64,000 nt of DNA from a virus. Below the pieces are notes generated by a model. The model saw only the letters and a program-made list of their open reading frames with translations. It was not told the origin of the DNA and made no database searches. Location: positions 21,515 to 85,514 of the IMG/VR virus record IMGVR_UViG_3300044729_002487. One strand, 5' to 3'. This document shows, in pieces, positions 27,619 through 36,152 of this stretch. Within the stretch, counting starts at the first letter, position 1. Every line of letters starts with the position of its first letter. The position numbers and the translations under genes were made by a program.

Positions 27619-28463
27619 GTGAAATAGAAAGAAATAGAGATTTTAAAAGGTCGTATAGTACGTTTACGGATAACAAAGATTTATTCGCGAATACTACCAA
27701 ACGTAATGTGGACCAAATCCGAAGGGATGACGATGTCGTAAAGACACCGAAATGTACTATTATAGATATAGACTTTGCGATTATGTCTTATATTAGGGAA
27801 ACTATACAACCACAGATCATTGAGAATAACGCAGTTGTTGATGTGCCTGTATTTTATGCAAATGGTGAGAAATGGGCTCAATTCCAAAAACGTGGTTACA
27901 TGTTAGATGACCGCGGGAAGGCAATGACTCCTTATATTGGTATACGTAGAAATTCGATGACAGACCGTGCTACTCTTAAAACATTAGCAGTTAATCGCCA
28001 GCCGGCTGGAAATGAATATGTATTTCGTAATAAATTTACTAAACGAAATAAGTATGACAGATTTTCTTTGTTACAAGGTATACAGCCGAGTCGAGAATAT
28101 TATATAGCACCTGTACCGGAATTTGTAGATGTATCATATGACTTATTAATATGGACGGAATACATTGATCAATTGAATTCTATTATAGAACAGATAATGC
28201 CGTTAAATGGATTTGCATGGGGAACTACTTGGAAATTTCCAACCTTCATATCTGACTATACATTTGAAAATGTAAATACTATCGGCGATGATCGAGTGGT
28301 AAGAGCATCATTGCCATTAACTGTTAAAGGTACAATGTTAATGCCATATGAATTGCGAGTATCAAATCTACGTAAACAATATGCAGTTAAAAAGGTATCA
28401 TTCGGAAATGAGATTATTTCATTTAATGTTAATATAACAGACCCTCCTCCCGGCGGTTATTAG
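27615..28463 (+). CDS. Tail terminator/sheath stabiliser (gp15-like)
   Basis: VDVPVFYANGEKW, PVPEFVDVSYDLLIWT...QLNSIIEQI; lies just before the sheath. Confidence 0.7.
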   Translation: MSEIERNRDFKRSYSTFTDNKDLFANTTKRNVDQIRRDDDVVKTPKCTIIDIDFAIMSYIRETIQPQIIENNAVVDVPVFYANGEKWAQFQKRGYMLDDRGKAMTPYIGIRRNSMTDRATLKTLAVNRQPAGNEYVFRNKFTKRNKYDRFSLLQGIQPSREYYIAPVPEFVDVSYDLLIWTEYIDQLNSIIEQIMPLNGFAWGTTWKFPTFISDYTFENVNTIGDDRVVRASLPLTVKGTMLMPYELRVSNLRKQYAVKKVSFGNEIISFNVNITDPPPGGY

Positions 28464-28502
28464 TATTAAATGTATATTTATATTAAATAAAAAGGAAAAG
28501 TT

Positions 28503-28775
28503 ATGTCAGAAAAACATGTTATCGATCAGGAATTTCTAACGCAGATCAATCAATTACGTGAAACCAGTACTGAGTTAATTTACGAGTTAGGTCAAATTGA
28601 AATGGAATTGATTGCCACGGAACAGCGACTCGAAGATTTGCATAAAGCAAAAGCTGCTGCTGTTAGCGAGTATAAACAACTGCAAGTTAATGAAACAGAA
28701 CTAGTAAAACAATTATCGGACAAATATGGTACCGGTACACTAAATATCGAGTCGGGCGAATTTGTTGAATCTTAA
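28503..28775 (+). CDS. Small coiled-coil protein
   Basis: ELGQIE...KYGTGTLNIESGEF; late motif and SD upstream. Confidence 0.6.
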   Translation: MSEKHVIDQEFLTQINQLRETSTELIYELGQIEMELIATEQRLEDLHKAKAAAVSEYKQLQVNETELVKQLSDKYGTGTLNIESGEFVES

Positions 28776-28780
28776 TGCAT

Positions 28781-28836
28781 GTTTGGCTCCGTTAACTGAT
28801 ATTTATATGTAGATAAACAATTAATAAGGAGCAAAC
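28781..28836 (+). promoter_or_regulatory. Anti-SD / late promoter / SD arrangement before the tail sheath
   Basis: GTTTGGCTCC 28781-90 pairs (one bulge) with GGAGCAAAC 28828-36; ATATTTAT 28799-806 lies between them. Confidence 0.55.
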
Positions 28837-28838
28837 TA

Positions 28839-30584
28839 ATGGCTGAAAGAATAGTATCACCCGGGGTGTTTACAAACGAAGTCGATCAATCGTTTTTACC
28901 TGCTGGTGTCGCTGCAATTGGAGCTGCCGTTATCGGACCAACTGCAAAAGGACCTGCCGGGATTCCTACTATAGTAACAAGCTACTCTGATTTTGTACAA
29001 AAATTTGGTGGTGTAATTACTAGTGGTTCCGGAGCAGCGCAAAAAAATTACAAATACTTGACTAATTATATGGCTCAAGAATATCTGAAGTATGCAGATA
29101 CATTGACCGTTGTTAGGATTTTGGCTGGTAATTATGAACCAGCATCTGCGAATGTTAGGACATTTGCAACAGCATCACAGCAGTCATTTAGATTGTATAC
29201 ATTATCAGATGGAGCTGACCAAAACAGTAACGGTGCAGAAGGTACAAATAATACATTGGTTAACGGTACTGTAAACAATTTACGATGGGAAGTATCAAAT
29301 GTTAATACTACAAGAGGTACATTTACATTGTTAGTTCGTCGCGGTGATGATACAAGTAAAAGAAAAATTGTTCTTGAACAGTATAATAACTTAACATTAG
29401 ATCCAAACTCAAGTAATTACATTGCAAAAGTAATTGGTGACCAAGTTTATACATTGAGAGATTCTGCTACGACAGATCCATTCTTGCAATTATCAGGTTC
29501 ATTTGCAAATCGTTCAAATTTAGTTCGTGTTGAAGTATTAAAGACTACATATAACTATTTAGATGCAAATGGTAACATTCGTGATAATGCATTATCTGCA
29601 TCATTACCAGCAGCCGTATCCGGAACATTTGCAGGCGGTTCAGATGGTACTGTAGCTCATCCTAAAAGATTTTATGATGAAATTACTAATACAAATACAC
29701 AAGGATTTAACTTAGGTGTATCTGGTGCTAAAAATGCTTATGAAGATGCTATCTATTTATTAAGAAACCAAGATGAGTATGATATTAACTTATTGGCATT
29801 ACCAGGATTAGTTGATAATTATGCAAACCATGCGGCTGTACTTACTACTGCATTAAATGCTTTAGAATCTAGAGCTGATGCATTCTTATTAATAGATCCA
29901 GTTGAATATGGAGCATCTATTGGGCAAGCAACTGCAAAGGCAGAAGCTCGTGATACTAATTATGCTGCTGTATATTGGCCATGGGTTAAAATTCCAGATG
30001 CAGATTTAGGACGTAATGTTTGGGTTCCGGCATCTACTTTGATTCCAAGTGTGTATGCATTTAATGACCGAGTAGCTGCTCCATGGTATGCTCCTGCTGG
30101 TTTAAATCGTGGTGCATTGGATATCGCTGTTCAAACAGAAAGAAAATTGACTCAATCAAACCGTGATACATTGTATGAAAAGGCTGTGAATCCTATTGCA
30201 ACTTTCCCTAATGCAGGTGTTGTTGTATACGGGCAAAAAACATTGCAGAAAAAAGCTTCTGCATTGGATCGTGTTAACGTAAGACGTTTATTGATTGCTG
30301 CTAAGAAATTTGTTGCATCTGCTACTAAGTTCCTTGTATTTGAAAACAATACTGCGGCTACGAGAAACAGATTCTTATCAATCGTTAATCCATATTTTGA
30401 ATCAGTACAGCAACGTCAAGGTTTGTATGCGTTCAAAGTAGTTATGGATGAGACTAATAATACACCGGATGTAATTGACCGAAATGAGATGAGGGGAGCT
30501 ATTTATTTGCAACCTGCTAAGACAGCTGAATTCATTATCATTGATTTCAATATCTTACCTACCGGAGCATCGTTCCCAGAATAG
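28839..30584 (+). CDS. Tail sheath protein (gp18-like)
   Basis: SPGVFTNEVD, AVYWPW, PWYAPAGLNRG, VNPIATFP, GQKTLQ..SALDRVNVRRL, PAKTAEFI. Confidence 0.96.
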   Translation: MAERIVSPGVFTNEVDQSFLPAGVAAIGAAVIGPTAKGPAGIPTIVTSYSDFVQKFGGVITSGSGAAQKNYKYLTNYMAQEYLKYADTLTVVRILAGNYEPASANVRTFATASQQSFRLYTLSDGADQNSNGAEGTNNTLVNGTVNNLRWEVSNVNTTRGTFTLLVRRGDDTSKRKIVLEQYNNLTLDPNSSNYIAKVIGDQVYTLRDSATTDPFLQLSGSFANRSNLVRVEVLKTTYNYLDANGNIRDNALSASLPAAVSGTFAGGSDGTVAHPKRFYDEITNTNTQGFNLGVSGAKNAYEDAIYLLRNQDEYDINLLALPGLVDNYANHAAVLTTALNALESRADAFLLIDPVEYGASIGQATAKAEARDTNYAAVYWPWVKIPDADLGRNVWVPASTLIPSVYAFNDRVAAPWYAPAGLNRGALDIAVQTERKLTQSNRDTLYEKAVNPIATFPNAGVVVYGQKTLQKKASALDRVNVRRLLIAAKKFVASATKFLVFENNTAATRNRFLSIVNPYFESVQQRQGLYAFKVVMDETNNTPDVIDRNEMRGAIYLQPAKTAEFIIIDFNILPTGASFPE

Positions 30585-30628
30585 TAGCGAGGACATATTT
30601 ATAATAAATTATTAAAGGAGTAGAAAAG

Positions 30629-31117
30629 ATGGCAGAATTACTTGACCCAACCGAGATATTTTATACGGCATATGAACCTAAAATGTCAAACCGGTTCATT
30701 ATGTATATCGAGGGTATTCCGTCTTACCTCGTGAAAGCTGCTTCGAGACCGTCGATCGATCAAGGTGAGGTTGTATTAGACCACATCAACGTTGAAAGAA
30801 AGTTGAAAGGTAAATCTAGATGGCAAGACGTAACCGTATCATTATACGACCCAGTCGTACCATCAGGAGCGCAAGCGGTAATGGAATGGGTTCGTTTACA
30901 TCACGAATCAGTAACAGGTCGAGATGGATATTCAGATTTCTATAAAAAGGATATTACATTTAACACTTTAGGTCCTGTAGGTGATAAAGTTGAAGAGTGG
31001 ACATTGAAAGGTGCATTTATTTCATCAGCGACGTTTGGTGATTTAGATTGGTCTTCAGAAGATCCATTGATGATTGAACTTACATTGAAATACGATTACG
31101 CAATTCTTCAATTCTAA
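30629..31117 (+). CDS. Tail tube protein (gp19-like)
   Basis: Follows the sheath; NRFIMYI, WQDVTVSLYD, VEEWTLKGAF, IELTLKYDYA. Confidence 0.9.
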   Translation: MAELLDPTEIFYTAYEPKMSNRFIMYIEGIPSYLVKAASRPSIDQGEVVLDHINVERKLKGKSRWQDVTVSLYDPVVPSGAQAVMEWVRLHHESVTGRDGYSDFYKKDITFNTLGPVGDKVEEWTLKGAFISSATFGDLDWSSEDPLMIELTLKYDYAILQF

Positions 31118-31153
31118 TTGTATTTGGATTGGGGTGACCCTGGTCGAAAAATT

Positions 31154-31181
31154 AAAGCCTTTCTTCGGAAGGGCTTTTTTT
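31154..31181 (+). terminator. Rho-independent terminator after the tail tube gene
   Basis: AAAGCCTTT-cTTCGg-AAGGGCTTT followed by T run. Confidence 0.88.
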
Positions 31182-31216
31182 ATGTTCAAATATTTATATT
31201 AAATAAAGGATTTAAA

Positions 31217-31546
31217 ATGACTGAAAAAGAATTAAGACGCATTATTCGAGAAGAAGTTAAAAGAAAATTATTATCAGAAGCCGATGTAATTCCTGTTGGA
31301 CCAGATGGTCAAGAAATTAGCGATCCTAAGGTTATTAAAAATCTTAACATGGCATTAAAAGCAATTGGCGGAAACATTCGTGGAAAAATCATTGATATGA
31401 TTGAAGATCCGACAGCCGTGAAAGATCTTTCGAATACATCTCAAAAAGCAGCGGTAATGGCGGCTATGGCAATTGCCTTTGGTATTACCGGAAAAGAATT
31501 TGCGCAGATAGTATCAAAAATAAAAGCAATACTACCAGCTGAATAA
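31217..31546 (+). CDS. Putative internal head protein (start revised to MTEKELRR)
   Basis: SD AAAGGA; leader MTEKELRRIIREEVKRKLLSE. The track start at 31118 crosses the terminator. Confidence 0.6.
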   Translation: MTEKELRRIIREEVKRKLLSEADVIPVGPDGQEISDPKVIKNLNMALKAIGGNIRGKIIDMIEDPTAVKDLSNTSQKAAVMAAMAIAFGITGKEFAQIVSKIKAILPAE

Positions 31547-31992
31547 TGATTAAGTTGAAATCTATATTGTCTGAAATTTTGCTCGAATCAGAGTTAACGA
31601 CATATGGCGATTTAAAACAGCTTATTAAAATGATTAAATTAAAACAAAAAGGTGGTACGATTGTATCAAAAGGCGTAGAAGTAGGCGTTGATACACTACT
31701 AGGATTTTTACCAGGTGCAAATTCAGCAAAAACGTTTTATGATTTTTTTAAAGCAGCTACAAAGAAACCGGATACTAAAAAAACTAAAACATGGTTAGAT
31801 AATTTAGATATTGATGATCAGGTTTCTGCTATTGTAGATGACACTGTAGAAAATGGATTTCTTCAAGATTTAGCAGCATCTATAGAAAGTGAATCAGATA
31901 CTAAAGAGTTAGAACCTGATTTTAATATGAACAAAAAGCTTCAGGATTACCTAGCAGACAAATATGATAAACGTACAGTTACGATGAAATAG
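31546..31992 (+). CDS. Putative internal head protein
   Basis: Leader MIKLKSILSEILLE. Confidence 0.55.
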   Translation: MIKLKSILSEILLESELTTYGDLKQLIKMIKLKQKGGTIVSKGVEVGVDTLLGFLPGANSAKTFYDFFKAATKKPDTKKTKTWLDNLDIDDQVSAIVDDTVENGFLQDLAASIESESDTKELEPDFNMNKKLQDYLADKYDKRTVTMK

Positions 31993-32074
31993 ATTAGTAA
32001 ATAAAATTTATCTTATTATATGAATATCTGGTCTGCGTTATATTTATATTAAATAAAAGTTATAAAGGAGAAAT

Positions 32075-32947
32075 ATGTCTACGACACTTAATGATGATTA
32101 CCCTAAAAAGAATGTTGAATTGTCCGATGCTGCTTTAAAGGCAAAGGCAATTGCACAATTCGAAGCACAACAGGTAATCGATAAAGTACAACCACAAACA
32201 AGTAAATTTCCAACGGAAATTATTCAATTGCCATCTAAAGGAAAATTTTATCCTGAAGGACATCCTTTAAGATCTGGTACTATTGAAATGAAATATATGA
32301 CCGCAAAAGAAGAAGATATTCTTACTAACCAATCATATATTAAACAAGGTGTTGTATTAGATAAATTGTTTAAATCATTAATTGTAACTCCATTTGATTA
32401 TAACGACCTGCTTGTAGGTGATAAAAATGCTGTAATGATTGCAGCACGAGTATTAGGTTATGGTAAGGATTATGACGTTGAAGTAGTTGCTCCGTCAGGT
32501 GTTAAACAAAAAGTACACGTCGATCTAACTCAATTAGAGGATAAAGAAATTGATTGGGAAGCAGCAGATAATGGTGATTCATATTATGAACTAGAATTAC
32601 CAGCGTCAAAACGTACAGTAACAGTTCAATTAGTTACTCAAGGAATGCAGCGTAAGATTGATGAGGAAATGAAAGCCTTAACAAAAATCAAAAAAGATGC
32701 AACTGTTACTACTATGTTAAAACATCTTATTTCTTCAATTGATAGTGATACTGATCCTAAAGCTATACGTCATTTTGTTGATAATGAATTGTTTGCAATT
32801 GATTCTCGATATATTCGAAATGAGCTAAAAAAAATTACTCCTGATATTAATTTAGAGATCGATTGTATCGACGAGGAGACAGGAGAACCCTTTCGTTGTC
32901 CCGTTACCATCGGATTGGACTTTTTTTGGCCTGACTCAAAAGTATAG
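32075..32947 (+). CDS. Baseplate hub/tail assembly chaperone (T4 gp26-like)
   Basis: LPSKGKFYP, MTAKEEDIL, ARVLGYG.DY, C-terminal IGLDFFWP. Confidence 0.8.
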   Translation: MSTTLNDDYPKKNVELSDAALKAKAIAQFEAQQVIDKVQPQTSKFPTEIIQLPSKGKFYPEGHPLRSGTIEMKYMTAKEEDILTNQSYIKQGVVLDKLFKSLIVTPFDYNDLLVGDKNAVMIAARVLGYGKDYDVEVVAPSGVKQKVHVDLTQLEDKEIDWEAADNGDSYYELELPASKRTVTVQLVTQGMQRKIDEEMKALTKIKKDATVTTMLKHLISSIDSDTDPKAIRHFVDNELFAIDSRYIRNELKKITPDINLEIDCIDEETGEPFRCPVTIGLDFFWPDSKV

Positions 32948-33155
32948 GTTAAATGTATATGACCAGATATTTGATCTGGTTTATTATGGAAAAGGTTTTT
33001 CATATTCGGACGTAACGGAAATGCCTGTATATCTTCGTGTATACTATATTAACAAGATAAACAAAATTTTCAAAGATCGTAATAAAGCCCAGGAAAAGGC
33101 TAATAGACAAGCACAAGTATCTAAGAAGGCATCACCACCTAAATTTCGTAGATAG
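32922..33155 (+). CDS. Start-less chaperone extension (gp51/gpGT-like), probably made by frameshift
   Basis: The +1 frame reads FFGLTQKYRLNVYDQIFDLVYYGKGFSYSDVTEMPVYLRVYYINKINK...FRR*. There is no ATG between the in-frame TAG at 32853 and the T7 run at 32921-27. Confidence 0.65.
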   Translation, partial: FFGLTQKYRLNVYDQIFDLVYYGKGFSYSDVTEMPVYLRVYYINKINKIFKDRNKAQEKANRQAQVSKKASPPKFRR

Positions 33156-33184
33156 TCATATTTATTAAAAAGAAAAGGTAAAGT

Positions 33185-33454
33185 ATGACTCATGATAAAT
33201 TTGAATCAAAGCTTCTTAAACAGATTAATTCAATTGACCAAATCGATGAAGGATTAGGTTCTACTATTCTCAATTTATTATTTGGTGGTAAATTTAAAAA
33301 AACTTTACAAACAATTTCACGCGAAGAAGATGATTTTCCGGAATATCAAGCAGCTTTAGCAGACTTTCATACAAATCTACAAAATTTAGAGAAATTACAA
33401 GCTCGTATGAATAAACAGGTGAAGGCATTAAATAAAGCTAATAAACGTAAATAA
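33185..33454 (+). CDS. Hypothetical protein
   Basis: 89 aa; late motif and SD upstream; QIDE-GLG putative cleavage site. Confidence 0.55.
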   Translation: MTHDKFESKLLKQINSIDQIDEGLGSTILNLLFGGKFKKTLQTISREEDDFPEYQAALADFHTNLQNLEKLQARMNKQVKALNKANKRK

Positions 33455-33455
33455 A

Positions 33456-36152
33456 ATGGCTAAAAGTAATAAAACTCCTGGCATCAGCAAAGCACAACAA
33501 GAAGCTGCTCAAGCAGTTGCAGAATCATATGAACAAGGGCTTATTACTTTATCGCAATATGATAAGATATTAGATAAGATATTAGATAAAACATTAGCTA
33601 CTAAAGATGCGATAATAGAACAGTTGGTTAAACAAGAAGAACTACGTTCAGTTGTACAAGGTCGTGAAAAATTAGAAGAACGCAGTAAAACTTTAGCAGA
33701 AAAACGAAAAACTCTTGACGAAGATATTACAGACCATGCTCGCGACTTAAATGAAATGCAAGCAGATTTATTCAAATCTAGTACTGGTTTATTTCGATTA
33801 ACCGGTGATCAACTCGATGCTCAAAAAAAATTAGTTGCGGATAAAATCACAGAATTACAATTATTAAAACAAAGCGTCGACGGTCGTACATCGCAAGGTA
33901 AACTAATTCGAACTGAATTAGATATGGCTAATGAGTTGATGACTGCTTTAGAAAATCAGGAACGTATACTAGGAACTGATCAGCATGCAAAAATGGTTGG
34001 TGCATTTAATGATGCATCTGAAAAAGCAAAAGAATTGGGTGGCGCTGTAGATACGATGTTTGATTCATTGCCTGCTGGCGGATTCATCGCTGCGTCATTA
34101 GGATTAGATGATGCATCAGATAAATTGCAAAATGGAGTAAATGTCGGATTCCAAGCAATGAATGCTCATCTTGTTCAAGGCGGTACATTAGCCGGAGGTT
34201 TAACTGCGGCAATGCGTGCATTTAATTCAGTTGTAATGATGAATCCGTTATTATTAGTAGTAGCGGCTGGTACGGCATTATTTGGTGTATTGTCAGAAAT
34301 AGAAGGAGCTGCTCAAGACTTCAATAAATCAACCGGTTTAGATATTGCACAATCAAAGCAGTTAGTTAAAGAAACAAGAACTCGTGCAATGGACAGTAAA
34401 AATCTATTAGCAAATACAGAAGATGTATTAGCTATACAGCAAGAGTTAATTAAAGAAATGGGTACCGCCGGTAAATTATCGACTGAGACTGCAACCCAAG
34501 TAGCAGAAACTGCTAAAGCATATGGTATCACATCGGATGTAGCTGCAAAAGGTATTGAAGCATTTGAAAGGCAAGGAGCTTCGGCTGAAGAAGCTGCGAA
34601 GATACAAGAATCATTAGCGGCAAAAACATTTAAGTCAGGAATATCAACTGGTCAGGTAATGGAAGACATCGCCGCTAATTCAGAAGACGCCATGAAGTAT
34701 ATCGGCGGCGGAGCAGAAGAATTAGCCGATGCAGCGTTTGAAGCAGCAAAGATGGGAATGAACTTGAAGCAAATGACAAACATTGCCGATGGTCTATTAG
34801 ATATTGAAAAGTCATTAAATGCTCAGTTTGAATTCCAAGCTTTGAGCGGAAAACAAATAAATTTAGATAAAGCACGTGAATTAGCACTTGAAGGTGATTT
34901 AGTAGGTGCAAGTAAAGAGGTAATGAAGAACGTTGGTTCGTTAGCTGAATTTAATGAAATGAACCGATTTGAAAAAGAAAAATTAGCCGAAGCCACTGGT
35001 ATGGAATTAGGCGAGTTACAGAAGACGTTAACGTTACAAGAAAAACTCGGAGACTTATCTGAAGAACAAGCTGCGGCTGCTCAGTCATTAGGATTGTCGG
35101 CGGAGCAACTAGCTGATATGAGTCCAGAACAAATAAAAGCAAAAATGCAAGAAGCTCAGGCAGCTGAACAAATGAAAAAGTCGATGGATGATTTGATGAT
35201 GAAATTAAAATCGGCATTTTTACCAGTCGCAGAAGCAATTGGTAGTGTGTTTACTGCACTTGCACCTGTAATTAGTTTCATCGGCGAAGGATTTTCTGCA
35301 ATAGGTAAGATATTAGGTTATGTACTAGCACCTGTAAAAGCAATATTCGAAGGAATATCAGGCGTATTTAATATGTTAGGTCCAATTGGTACACTTGTTA
35401 AAGTTATTGGAGCTGGATTGTTATTATGGTGGTTATATAAAAAATGGATGGCTAGACAAGACGCATCCGCCAAAGCTGACATGATGCAAAAAACCATTAT
35501 GCAAGCACAATATAATGCTGCGTTGAAACAAGAAGAACGCGTTACCGATGAAATAAAAGATGACATTGATTCCACATTGCGAGATGAAAGAAAGCGTGAA
35601 AGACAAATAAAAGACCAGACGAGAGCATTAAAATCACAAGGCGACCAAATACAGAAAAATGCAAAAGCCGCAGCAGATACTGGACCAAAGCGTAGAGGTT
35701 TAGGTGGTATGTTCGGTGGCGGAGGCGGCGGTATGATGGGCGGTATGGGCGGTATGGCAATGGGCGGCGGAATATTAGCATTGGCTGGAGCTGGTATGGC
35801 AATGAGTGGTGGAATGAATATGGACCAATTCAAATCATCCGGACCAGTCGTAGGCGTTGGTGATTTAGCAATTGATCCGAATGGAGGTCCAGTAGTCGCA
35901 TCTCCAAAAGAGGGTGGTATATATCAAGGTACTAAAAATGATGGCGTATCAATGTCACCATCGCATGGCAAGACTGGTAAAGGCGGTGAATCCGGAGGCG
36001 GAGGTAACAGCGGCGGCGGTATTGATTATGAAAAGCTAGGTGCAGCAGTTGCGGCGGCAATTGCATCTAATCCACCTCAAGTGAATATGGATGGTCACCA
36101 ATTAAGTAAACAAGTATCAGCAACTCAATCAAGAGATAAAGGAATACGATAA
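33456..36152 (+). CDS. Tape measure protein
   Basis: 898 aa, Ala/Glu-rich helical, amphipathic/hydrophobic segments; downstream of the chaperone and upstream of the baseplate. Confidence 0.8.
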   Translation: MAKSNKTPGISKAQQEAAQAVAESYEQGLITLSQYDKILDKILDKTLATKDAIIEQLVKQEELRSVVQGREKLEERSKTLAEKRKTLDEDITDHARDLNEMQADLFKSSTGLFRLTGDQLDAQKKLVADKITELQLLKQSVDGRTSQGKLIRTELDMANELMTALENQERILGTDQHAKMVGAFNDASEKAKELGGAVDTMFDSLPAGGFIAASLGLDDASDKLQNGVNVGFQAMNAHLVQGGTLAGGLTAAMRAFNSVVMMNPLLLVVAAGTALFGVLSEIEGAAQDFNKSTGLDIAQSKQLVKETRTRAMDSKNLLANTEDVLAIQQELIKEMGTAGKLSTETATQVAETAKAYGITSDVAAKGIEAFERQGASAEEAAKIQESLAAKTFKSGISTGQVMEDIAANSEDAMKYIGGGAEELADAAFEAAKMGMNLKQMTNIADGLLDIEKSLNAQFEFQALSGKQINLDKARELALEGDLVGASKEVMKNVGSLAEFNEMNRFEKEKLAEATGMELGELQKTLTLQEKLGDLSEEQAAAAQSLGLSAEQLADMSPEQIKAKMQEAQAAEQMKKSMDDLMMKLKSAFLPVAEAIGSVFTALAPVISFIGEGFSAIGKILGYVLAPVKAIFEGISGVFNMLGPIGTLVKVIGAGLLLWWLYKKWMARQDASAKADMMQKTIMQAQYNAALKQEERVTDEIKDDIDSTLRDERKRERQIKDQTRALKSQGDQIQKNAKAAADTGPKRRGLGGMFGGGGGGMMGGMGGMAMGGGILALAGAGMAMSGGMNMDQFKSSGPVVGVGDLAIDPNGGPVVASPKEGGIYQGTKNDGVSMSPSHGKTGKGGESGGGGNSGGGIDYEKLGAAVAAAIASNPPQVNMDGHQLSKQVSATQSRDKGIR

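Noticed and set aside
32006-32073. Possible third anti-SD pairing upstream of the gp26-like gene
   Set aside because: The complementarity is AT-only with several mismatches; not convincing.
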